Shown: piece by piece, positions 26,642 to 37,529 of the stretch | Layout of the letters: the number at the start of each line of letters is the position of its first letter | Position numbering within the stretch: position 1 is the stretch's first letter | The notes under the pieces: generated by a model | Database searches by the model: none | Told to the model about the DNA's origin: nothing | Seen by the model: only the letters and a program-made list of their open reading frames with translations | Assembly (NCBI GenBank): GCA_964016885.1 | Contig: OZ024753.1 | Span: 9,176,001-9,240,000 of the forward strand | Origin: Eledone cirrhosa | Taxonomy: Eukaryota | Length of the DNA stretch: 64,000 nucleotides | Direction: 5' to 3' | Program-made: the position numbers and the translations under genes

Positions 26642-27239
26642 GTTTAAATGGTCTATATAAGCCACAGCCCGCCATTTTACCATCGATGCTTTTTCTCACA
26701 TATTCTTTGGCTTATATTCAAGAATATATGATGATCTGAAAGCAGAATCAGCAGTGTGTGGCAAAGCTAGACCCTTGAATAACAGATAAAACCTCTGACG
26801 GGCTCCTACACTACTTCTGTCTACCTAATTTCTGTCACATGACTAGAGTTGAGCAGAAGCTATGGTAAAGGACGTATAGTTAAAATGACATGCAGTGGGT
26901 TTGAACTCAAAATGTCATGAAACTATCTGATCAAATGTAGCCCTAATATAGTTAGGGCAAGTATGAGCATCACAAAATCTACTTGAAACATTGGGACATA
27001 ACTAATATCTTGCTTACTTGCTTATAACAACAGTTTGTGTGTGTAGCTGTCTACATGTAACTGTGTGTGATTAGTAATGTATCCGACTATGTGTGTGTGT
27101 TTGCGTGTGTAGCTGTATGAATGGGGTTGTGTGGATTTGTGAATATGTGACTGTGTGTGTGTGTAAGCATATATACAGTTAGTGGAGGGTGAAGCAAACA
27201 AATACATACATGGGTGAGTGAAAGCAAAGAAATATATAC

Positions 27240-28022
27240 GAAAGGCTGGTTGTATGATGCTGATGCGCAACGCTGCATGGTAGTGAGACATGGGCAACAA
27301 CTGCAGAGGATATGCGACAGCTGGAGAGAAATGAAGCAAGCATGCTCCGTTGGATGTGCAATGTCAATGTGCGTGAACGACCAAGCATAGACGAGTTGAG
27401 AGAGAACCTGTGTATAAGAGGGATAGGCTGTAGTGTGTGGGAGAGAAGACTGCGTGATGGTATGGACATGTGATGCGCATGGAGGATGACCGCTGGGTAA
27501 ATAAGTGCCAAGAAATCCCAGTAGAAGGAAGATGGTATGGACATGTGATGCGCATGGAGGATGACCGCTGGGTGAAGAAGTGCCAAGAACTCCCAGTAGA
27601 AGGAAGATGGTATGGACATGTGATGCGTATGGAGGATGACCGTTGGGTAAAGAAGTGCCAAGAACTCCCAGTAGAAGGAAGATGGTATGGACATGTGATG
27701 CGTATGGAGGATGACCGTTGGGTAAAGAAGTGCCAAGAACTCCCAGTAGAAGGAAGATGGTATGGACATGTGATGCGTATGGAGGATGACCGCTGGGTGA
27801 AGAAGTGCCAAGAAATCCCAGTAGAAGGAAGACGCAGTAGAGGAAGACCACGAAAAACATGGACGGAGGTGGTGAGAGCTGACTTCAGATTGCTGAAACT
27901 CACCGAGGAGATGACGAAGGACTGGGACAAGTGGAGAAATGCTGTGCTTAATAAGACCCATCCCACCCTTGCAAGCAGGAAAAAGTGGACGTAAAATGAT
28001 GATGATGATGATGATGATGATG
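27240..28022 (+). mobile_element. RTE LINE 3' fragment with internal 75-bp tandem expansion
   Basis: LHGSETWATTAEDMRQLERNEASMLRWMC..ERRL-(RWYGHVMRMEDDRWVKKCQELPVEG)x5-RRSRGRPRKTWTEVVRADF..DWDKWRNAV, then a (GAT)n tail. Confidence 0.93.
27456..27832 (+). repeat. 75-bp in-frame tandem repeat, 5 units
   Basis: GATGG at 27456, 27531, 27606, 27681 and 27756. Confidence 0.97.
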
Positions 28023-28094
28023 TAGGCTGAAATGTTCATAGGCTAACTATGAAGGAGTGATACTAGGGCTGTGAAATCGTGCATGCGATACTGT

Positions 28095-28787
28095 ACACAA
28101 GGCTATTGGTGTGGTGTTTGTGTGAGTATCATTGTATGTAAGGGTGTGTAACTGAGCCTATTACTATACACAAGTCTATTGGTGTGGCATGTAACTCAGT
28201 TTATTATTATACACAGGTCTATTGGTGTGGTGTGGTGTAACTCAGCTTATTACTATACACAGGTCTATTGGTGTGGTGTGGTGTAACTCAGCTTATTACT
28301 ATACACAAGTCTATTGGTGGGGTGTATGTAACTCAGCTTATTACTATATACAAGTCTATTGGTGGGGTGTAACTCAGCTTATTACTATACACAAGTCTAT
28401 TGGTGTGGTGTATGTAACTCAGCTTATTACTATACACAAGTCTATTGGTGTGGTGTATGTAACTCAGCTTATTACTATACACAAGTCTATTGGTGGGGGT
28501 GTATGTAACTCAGCTTATTACTATACACAAGTCTATTGGTGTGGTATGGTGTATGTAACTCAGCTTATTACTATACACAAGTCTATTGGTGTGGTATGGT
28601 GTATGTAACTCAGCTTATTACTATATACAAGTCTATTGGTGCGGTGTATGTAACTCAGCTTATTATTATACACAAGTCTATTGGTGGTGTGTATGTAACT
28701 CAGCTTATTACTATACACAAGTCTATTGGTGGTGTGTATGTAACTCAGCTTATTACTATTCACAAGTCTATTGGTGTGGTGTGTATG
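28095..28787. repeat. Minisatellite of about 40-50 bp
   Basis: Core GTAACTCAGCTTATTACTATACACAAGTCTATTGGT with a variable (GTG)-rich linker. Confidence 0.95.
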
Positions 28788-28953
28788 AGTAAGCAATTAA
28801 ATTTCTAGAAGATGAGAAAGAAAGAAAAACTAGAAAGATCAAACTGTGTAGTTCTAAACACTTCACATAGACAAAGCAATAATATGGTGCTGTATAGTTT
28901 AAAGTGAGGAGATTACATAGATAAACAATAACTTAAAGAGAACTATATGTATA

Positions 28954-28984
<31 letters not shown>

Positions 28985-29257
28985 TACATTTCTCCCCTTG
29001 AGTAAAGATTTTAAATAGATGGAAGAAACAAGTATATTTAGGATAAATAGAAAGAAAATAGAATAAAATAAACAGGAGAGAAATTTGGAAAGGATAATAA
29101 ACAGGAGAGAAATTTGGAAAGGAAACAAAGGGAGTAAAAATGAAAAAGATGAGATTTAGTGGATGAAAGAAATGTCTAACAGTTATGGTAGAAAGTGTGA
29201 AGACAAAAGAATCTATCCATCATTGAAACAAAATACTACACCCTGGGTACTTTATAT

Positions 29258-29318
29258 ATCGTCAACTATGAAATTTGTAGATATATGGTTATTTTTCTAC
29301 AAATTTCATACTTGACGA
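29258..29318. repeat. Short inverted repeat / MITE-like hairpin
   Basis: TCGTCAACTATGAAATTTGTAGA .. TCTACAAATTTCATACTTGACGA. Confidence 0.7.
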
Positions 29319-29471
29319 CTTAATATAATGTGTCTTTTTTTTTAGTTTTATTTCTACACAGATGTTTCAAATAATTTCTCTCTGGGACATGTTTTATGTG
29401 ATCAGTTTTAAAGAAAAACTAATAATTTGAATGTGTATATGAATTAATTTTTATAGCACACAATCACTTAA

Positions 29472-29717
29472 CCCTTTAGCATTTACATTACTCTATACAT
29501 ACTATTATATTTTCATGGTAAATGCTTTATCTCACATAATATCGAATCTTTTTGAAAGTATTTATTTTGAGAACAATACCTTAACATCACATAATATCGA
29601 ATCTTTTTGAAAGTATTTATTTTGAGAACAATACCTTAACATCAGTTTGAGTGACCAGTTACAGCCAGTTTCAAAAGAAAAAGGTAGAGAATTCTTGCCG
29701 GTTTGAACATTAAAGGG
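29472..29717. mobile_element. piggyBac-like MITE with an internal 55-bp tandem duplication
   Basis: TTAA-CCCTTTAGCATT..ATTAAAGGG-TTAA; homologous copy at 36449-36656. Confidence 0.8.
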
Positions 29718-30155
29718 TTAATTGTGTATATTTGCAGCACTTTAGTTGGTTTTTTTAATAAATATTTAATATAAGTATTTATATCAAGTCTGGGTTTCTT
29801 TTTAAATAACCTTATCTTTTGATTCTATAAGATTTCATCACCTCTAGATTTATTGTAAATGCTAGCAGAATGACCTGGCGTTGCTCAGGCTTCTAAACAT
29901 AGATTGGCATGTTTATCCCTCCTTTCTGAAACAGTACAGAGAAGTACGGATACCTCGGCCTGGGGATGGTGTCTACATTTTGTGCTTAGGCAAATAATTT
30001 TCCATTAAGATTTTTCAAAAGCATGTAATTGCGTTCCCTCTCTTTTTATGTTGTTGTTGTTGTTTTTGCTGCTGTTGGTGAGATAGCAGCCGTTGGTCGT
30101 ACTACTAACACAGTCTCGTCCTTCAGCCAATCGTGTATATCCCCTTCTGCCTCAT

Positions 30156-30362
30156 CTACCTAACCAATAATTGTAGCACCTCCTTGTACACAATGTTCCT
30201 TGTTCTTCCATGTCGGGCATATGCAAAGAGATTTGTCTTGCTTCCCACTCTTGAGCAGCCAACGTATGGTTGCCCGTGTGAAAAACATGAATCTTCCAAA
30301 AGAAGACCAGCAACAGTTAGGGTCTGACCCTGGGATTTGTTGATAGACATTGCAAAGTTGAC
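30156..30362 (-). pseudogene. Helitron PIF1-family helicase C-terminal fragment
   Basis: VNFAMSINKSQGQTLTVAGLLLEDSCFSHGQPYVGCSRVG..TRNIVYKEVL matches helicase motifs V and VI. Confidence 0.93.
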
Positions 30363-30779
30363 ACGCTTCGGCGAATGGTTCGTTGGTTGTCTTTTTCAAG
30401 TGCTCTTCTGGTGGCAGTACGTTCAGCATCTTGTGACCGTCGAATAGCAGATTCCACTGATGATTCGTTTGCCCGCCTTGTTCTTTTTCTTGCCGTTTTC
30501 ACAGTATTTCGGCCAATGGAGTATCTAAGTACACTAAGACTAACTGGTAGAGTAAGGAGTAAACTCGTCAGTGATGCATGTGATTTCCGAACCATTGACT
30601 ACGTAATTGCTGGCCTTGTGCCAAAAGGAGTGGGACTTTTCAGGTGGTATATCGGCAGTAACAATAACGATAAGCCATCTGTGCTTTGTGAAATAAACAC
30701 GTTTGTTTATATTTTGTTTTTGTGTATGCAAAAATATCTGTACACGAATATATAATTATATATATATATATATATATAT

Positions 30780-30985
30780 ATAGGAATGAGTAGGACCCCG
30801 ACGGCTGAGCTCAAGCCGTTTCGACGGCTAATTCTGGACTCAATTCTGCGTCCAGAATTAGCAGTCGAAACGGCTTGAGCTCAGCCGTCGGGGTCCTACT
30901 CATTCCTATTACCCACTCTACTACTCTAAGTATTGAGTACTTTGGTGCGTTATGGTCCACCTGGTTCCTTACCACATTTCCTTCG

Positions 30986-30990
<5 letters not shown>
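30780..30990. mobile_element. (TA)n-flanked insertion with a 60-bp-arm palindrome; putative Penelope-like terminal repeat carrying the 3' half of a hammerhead
   Basis: 30780-30839 vs 30850-30909, one mismatch; GAAACGGCT-TGAGCTC-AGCCGTC forms stem III plus GUC. Confidence 0.6.
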
Positions 30991-31026
<36 letters not shown>

Positions 31027-31569
31027 TACCAGATTAAAGTTTAAGCAAAGAATCGCTGCTTTCACCCTTAATGGGATCTTCTGAAACTAAAAAATTCAAT
31101 CTGTGAATGCAGAAATAAATATTTCTAAAAACGTTGCAACCGAAGGAAAGCAGGAACATGATACTTTGGTTCGTGAAGACGTTCCCTGGCAATGAACGGA
31201 AAATAGTAAAGATCATACGTCAGCAATGAGAACAATATTTGTCATAATGTCGTAATGCAGACAGTCAGACATACAGACATATATTATAAGAGCGCGACGT
31301 TATAGCTATGTAGCTATCTAAAAGGACAGACTAAGAAAGAAAGAGAGAGAGAGAGATCGCTAACCAGTGCCTAACATGCCTTTAACAACAGAAAATTGAA
31401 AAATAAAAGCTGCAGTTAATATCTTTAGACCGCTAGGAATATATAAATGCAAGTTTGAAGTCAATCGGAGTAGAAATGTGGATTTGTATAGACTTTGCAA
31501 AAATTAGGACACACACACAGACACAGACAATTTCAGTTTTATATATATGTATATATAAATCTGAGAGAA

Positions 31570-32420
31570 TAGGAGAGACTGTAGTGTTGTGAGAGGTCAG
31601 GAGAGACTTTAGTGTTGTGAGAGGTCAGGAGAGACTTTAGTGTTGTGAGACAGCAGGAGAGACTTTAGTGTTGTGAGAGAACAGGAGAGACTTTAGTGTT
31701 GTGAGAGGTCAGGAGAGACTGTAGTGTTGTGAGAGGTCAGGAGAGACTGTAGTGTTGTGAGACAGCAGGAGAGACTGTAGTGTTGTGAGAGGTCAGGAGA
31801 GACTGTAGTGTTGTGAGAGGTCAGGAGAGACTGTAGTGTTGTGAGACAGCAGGAGAGACTTTAGTGTTGTGAGAGGTCAGGAGAGACTGTAGCGTTGTGA
31901 GAGGTCAGGAGAGACTGTAGTGTTGTGAGACAGCAGGAGAGACTTTAGTATTGTGAGAGGTCAGGAGAGACTGTAGTGTTGTGAGAGGTCAGGAGAGACT
32001 ATAGTGTTGTGAGAGGTCAGGAGAGACTATAGTGTTGTGAGGCAGCAGGAGAGACTTTAGCGTTGTGAGGCAGCAGGAGAGACTTTAGTGTTGTGAGGCA
32101 GCAGGAGAGACTTTAGTGTTGTGAGAGAACAGGAGAGACTTTAGTGTTGTGAGAGGTCAGGAGAGACTGTAGTGTTGTGAGAGGTCAGGAGAGACTGTAG
32201 TGTTGTGAGAGGTCAGGAGAGACTGTAGTGTTGTGAGAGGTCAGGAGAGACTGTAGTGTTGTGAGAGGTCAGGAGAGACTGTAGTGTTGTGAGACAGCAG
32301 GAGAGACTTTAGTATTGAGAGGTCAGGAGAGACTGTAGTGTTGTGAGAGGTCAGGAGAGACTTTAGCGTTGTGAGACAGCAGGAGAGACTTTAGTGTTGT
32401 GAGACAGCAGGAGAGACTGT
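31570..32420. repeat. 28-bp minisatellite, about 30 units
   Basis: Unit AGGAGAGACTGTAGTGTTGTGAGAGGTC. Confidence 0.97.
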
Positions 32421-32439
32421 TGTATTGTAAATGTGAAGA

Positions 32440-32600
32440 AGCAGAAGGGGTGAGTTGGGCTACTGACTGTGAGATCCTATCTTCACTGGCGGCTCACCTA
32501 ACAGAGGAAAATGGTGAAGCTCATGAGGGCACTTGGTTGTTCCAGCACATCAGCTTCGCCATCACCTGAGGTAACGCTGCGAGCTGTCTACAACCCAACC
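32440..32600 (+). mobile_element. CRE-like retrotransposon C-terminal fragment
   Basis: ILSSLAAHLTEENGEAHEGTWLFQHISFAIT*GNAASC. Confidence 0.7.
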
Positions 32601-32775
32601 ACCAATTGACCAAGTACACACATTACCCCAACTGTACCAGAGCCTGTACATCCAAGATCGGCCCCAGGGTGTGCCATTGCATGGAACAGGACAACAATTC
32701 TTCCCACTGATCTCTGCAAGCGAAGAATTCTCCACTCCATTCCATGAAAACTAAGATACCTAGGGTGTTAAAGGT

Positions 32776-32893
32776 GTTTACGACACTTAAAGTTCCCAAG
32801 AGGTCACCTATCTAAATATTACGTAGGCGGTTCAGTATTGATTGGTTTTGGTGAGCAAATGACAAGCAAATTTCCAATAAGATATCACTAATC
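32776..32893 (-). pseudogene. Highly degenerate 5S rRNA-derived copy
   Basis: TTTACGACACTTAAAGTTCCCAAGAGGTCACCTATCTAAATATTA..TTTGGTGAGCAAATGACAA aligns with the copy at 18181-18299. Confidence 0.55.
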
Positions 32894-32969
32894 AATAGTT
32901 AAATTAAATTTTTATAGAAAACAATGATTAGCTTTCTGGTGAATGACAATTTGTATGAATGATCTAATA

Positions 32970-34218
32970 TGTGTAGGTGCACACACACGTGTGTGTGTGT
33001 GTGTGTGTGCATGCATGTGTATGCGTGTTAGTGTGCATGTGTATGTGTGTTAGTGTGTGTATGTGTGTGTGTGTCTGTGTGTATGTCTGTGTGCATGTGT
33101 GTGCGAATGTGTGTGCATGTGAGTGCATGTGTGTGTATGTAAGTGTGCGTGTGTATGCATGTGTGTGCAAATGTGTGTGTATGCGTGTGAGTGCATGTGT
33201 ATGTGTCTGCGTGTGTGTGTGTGTGTGTGTGATGACATCAGGAGGAGTTGGACCATTTCATAGCTTTATATTCCTCAAGGACGGTGGTGGTGCGGAGGAT
33301 AGTGGTGGTGGTGCGGAGGATGGTGGTGGAGATTGTGGTGATGGAGCTGGTGGTGGTGGGGGAGATGGTGATGGAACTGGTGGGGGTGAGGAGGGAGATG
33401 GGGGTGATGGAGCTGATGGTGGTGGTGCGGAGGATAGTGGCGGTGATGATGGTGGTGGAGATTGTGGTGATGGAGCTGGTGGTGGTGGTGGTGGGGGAAC
33501 TGATGGGGGTGGTGCGGAGGATAGTGGTGGTGATGATGGAGCTGGTGGTGGTGGTGGTGGGGGTGGTGGTGGGGGTGGGGGAGATGGTGAATGATGGAAC
33601 TGATGGGGGTGAGGAGGGAGATGGTGGTGATGGAGCTGATGGTGGTGGTGATGGGCTGATGGTGGTGGAGCTGATGGTGGTGGAGGGAGGATAGTGATAA
33701 TGGTAGTGATGGTGGTGGGGGAGATTGTGGTGGTGGGGGTCAAGAGGGCAACAGTGGCAGAGATAATGAAGCAGGTGTTGGTAATTATAGACATTACTTG
33801 TATTTGCCAATCAACGCACACACACACACACACACTCAGACACACACACATGTACAGACACACACAGGTACACACATATATACACATACATACATGCATA
33901 CATACACATATATGCGTACACATACATACGTACACACATTTACATATACACACACACACCCATACACACATACATATACATACATACACACATTTACATA
34001 TACACACACACATATACACACACACAGATACACACATATATACACACACATACATACATACATATACATACATACACACATTTACATATACACACAGATA
34101 TATACACACACACACACACATATATACACACATACATATACATACACACATTTACATATACACACACAGATACACACATACATACACACATACATACATA
34201 CATACATACATACATACA

Positions 34219-34250
<32 letters not shown>

Positions 34251-34370
34251 CATATACATACACACATTTACATATACACACACATATATATACACACACA
34301 TACACACATATATACACACACACATACATACACACATTTACATACACACACACACACATACATACACAGG
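32970..34370. repeat. Compound low-complexity block: (TG)n, (GGT/GAT)n, (CA/TACA)n
   Basis: Direct inspection. Confidence 0.95.
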
Positions 34371-34869
34371 GAGAAAGGAAGAATCAATGAAAGACAAAGA
34401 CAAGTTGAGGAATGTAAAGCTATGAAATTGTCCAAGTCCTGATGTTGGCATGGGGAAACAAATGCAAAAATCAATGAGCAGATAGTTTTCAATCTATAGA
34501 AGAATGAAGAAGTAACTATAAAAACCAACGAAGATAACAACAATTCATTGTCCAATGATTGCCTGCACCAGAAAACAGATGATAGAATTATATTGATTAT
34601 ATCAAGACTTTCAAACACAATTATATAGCGCCGTAATGAATGGCAAATCAGCCATTTGACTATAATGAGAAGAGCTGCATATTGGTGTGCAATGGGACAA
34701 GGTTTTAAAAATTGACATTTTATAGAGGACCTTTTATCAGAGAAGAAGGAAATAATGTTAATCTTTCCATTGTTGTCTGAAAGCACACAATAAAATAGCT
34801 TTTTTAAACCCTACCTATAATCTTTAAATTACTTTGGAAATACTTACAAACTAGAAGGATTTAGTAATA

Positions 34870-34994
34870 CAGGGTGGTCCAAAAGTCGCGATACGTAAAA
34901 AAAATTATTATGTTATAAGAAACAATTTAGTCAAAATAAATAAATATAAAACTTAATTTTTTTTTTTATGTATCGTGACTTCTGGGCCACCCTG
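34870..34994. mobile_element. Tc1/mariner-type MITE
   Basis: TA-CAGGGTGGTCCAAAAGTCGCGATAC .. GTATCGTGACTTCTGGGCCACCCTG-TA. Confidence 0.85.
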
Positions 34995-35084
34995 TATATC
35001 AAAAACTTTTCTGCAGACATTTCACAAAACACGTTCAAAATTTTAATATCTTTTCAGGCGCCGAAACGCTTCGTCCTCAAAGAA

Positions 35085-35535
35085 GTACCCAAATTTTGAC
35101 AACCAAAATTTTGAAAGAAAAATAATAAACAACCTTCAGCCTCCAGAGAGCATGGTAGATTTTTGAGACTTATTATAGGAAAAAAGTAGTGCCTTCAACG
35201 CTGTGAAATACGGTAACTTAAATCTGCCTTCCAAACAAGTCAACTCCGAACAATCCTTTAAATCTCTCCTAGGCATACTCCCACCATACTGAATGGCAAA
35301 TCAGCCATTTGACTATAATGAGAAGAGCTGCATATTGTACCCAAATTTTGACAACCAAAATTTTGAAAAGAGAAATAATAAACAACCTTCAGCCTCCAGA
35401 GAGCATGGTAGATTTTTGAGATTTATTATAGGAAAAAAGTAGCGCCTTCGACGCTGTGAAATACTGTAACTTAAATCTGCCTTCCAAACAAGTCAACTCT
35501 GAATGATCCTTTAATTCTCTCCTAGGGATACTCCC
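35085..35535. repeat. 198-bp direct duplication with a templated insert at the junction
   Basis: 35085-35282 matches 35337-35535; 35290-35337 copies 34637-34684. Confidence 0.92.
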
Positions 35536-36017
35536 TTGATAATGAGTTTTTAAACCTGAAAATATTTGGGGTCGTTAAATTTGCTATTGTAAGATTCTTT
35601 TGTTATCTTAGCAATTTAATTTTCTTTCTAATGCATTGTTTGGTTTTCAAAATTATTTAAATTTGTGTTTCCTATTCAACAATGCTTGAAGCAAGCTACA
35701 ACACTGTTAACTTTTTGTTATTATACTAATGACACAACCATCACCCCAGCACTTAGGCCACACTGAGAAGTGGTCATTTTGGTGACACAACAAAAAGCAC
35801 CCAAATTTGAAACAAGAAAGATATAATGGACAATGTAGTTATAAATATACGAAAGATGGGATTTGAAATAGTTCAAATGCCTTTGACCATATATCATATT
35901 TGATCAGAGCTGACTTGTGGTTAAACAACAACATGCCATCCTTTTTTTTTTTTCCGAGATGCATTCTTTAAAAAACAAAACAAAAACATATTGGACAATA
36001 AATAGTCTTAGATATAC

Positions 36018-36403
36018 AGGCACATGGCTTAGTGGTTAGAACATTGTGCTTGCAATCGAAAGGTTGTGAGTTGAATTCTCGGACCGGGTGATGTGTTGTT
36101 TCCTTGAGCAAGACACTTTATTTCACATTGCTCCAGTTTACTCAGCTGTAGAAATGAGATGATAGGGACCCCAGTCCCTATCATCTCATTTCTACAGTCC
36201 CTATCATTCCACTGCAAAGTGGTCGTGGAGGTGCCACGGCAAAAAAGCACCCAGCACTCACTGTAAATGAGGTTGGTGTTAGGAATGGTACCAGCTGTAG
36301 AAATCAAGCCAGAATCAGTTCCCGTATGAGCAAGACAATGTCAGCCAACCAGTCTAACCCATGATAGCGTGGAAGAACGGACATAAAATGGTGATGATGA
36401 TGA
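36018..36403 (+). mobile_element. Family B SINE with an internal fold-back duplication
   Basis: Consensus head, core and tail; 24-bp perfect inverted repeat at 36146-36197. Confidence 0.9.
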
Positions 36404-36448
36404 TACAATGTATGAAAAGGAAGGTGGTCATGGTAGGAATGTCTTTAA

Positions 36449-36656
36449 CCATTTAGCATTTACATTATGATATATTTACTATTGTATTTTCATGGTAAAG
36501 GCTTTATCTCACATAATAACGAATCTCTGAGATTATGATATTATCTGTTTTGAGGACAATACCTTAACATTAGTATGAGTGGCCAGTTATGGCCAGTTTG
36601 AACATAAAGAGGTGAGAGGATTCTGGGCGGATACAGCCAGTTTAAATGTAAAAGGG
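36449..36656. mobile_element. piggyBac-like MITE, second copy
   Basis: TTAA-CCATTTAGCATTTAC..GTAAAAGGG-CTAA; internal similarity to 29472-29717. Confidence 0.75.
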
Positions 36657-37139
36657 CTAAAAAAACAAAAAATAAAAGATTAAGATGAGGCTGCTAAGTG
36701 TGTCTTCATCGAATGGAGCAGAGAGGCCTTCCACTCTACTGTTTAATGGCCCTAACATGGTTTATTTAACCACACCAAGTACACTATATCATTTTCAGGA
36801 ATATCTTATTAATGTAGTTTAATGTGGTACAGGATTTTATGGATGAAAGTCAGTATATTTATAGACAAAACAAATGTATCATATATTAGACAAAAGAAGT
36901 TATTCAAGAGAAACAATTATAGAAATATATTGTTACATGTGTTTGCAGGATTGGGTGTAGAGGAAGTTCACATATAGTTCCACAGAAAGATTAATGAAAA
37001 TTATAATTAACTGACTTTCTCTGCTGCAATGCAACATTCTGTTTGAAATATGTAATTTCAAACCAGATGATGCTTAGCAATAAGGAATATTGGGAGTTGA
37101 CATCTGCAGCAGTAGTAGCAGTTATGGTAAGGGTGGGGT

Positions 37140-37529
37140 ATCATCATCATTGCTGTTTTATGTCCGTTCTTCCATGCTAGCATGGGTTAGACGGGTTGTC
37201 CTGTTGTGGGCAGTGTCCATTCGACTGATCTTGTCTTGCTCATACGGGAACTGATTCTGGCTTGATTTCTACAGCTGGATGCCCTTCCTAACACCAACCT
37301 CATTTACAGTGAGTGCTGGGTACTTTTTTGCCGTGGCACCTACCCGACCACTTTGCAGTGGAATGATAGGGACCCCAGTCCATATCATCTCATTTCTACA
37401 ACTGAGTAAACTGGAGCAATGTGAAATAAAGTGTCTTGCTCAAGGAAACAACAAATCACCTGGTCTGAGAATTGAACTCACAACCTTTCGATTGCAAGCC
37501 CAATGCTCTAACCACTAAGCCATGTGCCT
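37140..37529 (-). mobile_element. Full-length family B SINE (CCCATGCTAGCATGG tail variant)
   Basis: Reverse complement of the family B consensus. Confidence 0.9.

Larger units (their letters stand above)
29862..31560 (-). mobile_element. Non-autonomous, internally deleted Helitron
   Basis: 3' CTAG at 29862-29865 with adjacent GC hairpin CCTGGCGTTGCTCAGG; PIF1 helicase end at 30156-30362; Arg-rich N-terminus-like segment at 30400-30530; 5' end approximate (ACAGAC microsatellite plus TTTATATATA). Confidence 0.8.

Noticed and set aside
27470-27994. 174-aa repeat protein
   Set aside because: 5'-truncated RTE C-terminus with a frameshift just upstream; not an independent gene.
28095-28787. CRISPR-like array (constant ~36-bp core with variable linker)
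   Set aside because: Linkers are only 5-15 bp of (GTG) variants rather than unique spacers; eukaryotic context with no cas genes.
32977-34442. Gly-rich, Pro-rich and His/Thr-rich ORFs
   Set aside because: Translations of (GGT)n, (TG)n and (CA)n microsatellites.
34400-34790. Possible host exon (172-aa minus-strand ORF after a TTTCAG acceptor-like site)
   Set aside because: No recognisable domain, no clear donor site, and it runs into microsatellite; needs RNA-seq or blastx.
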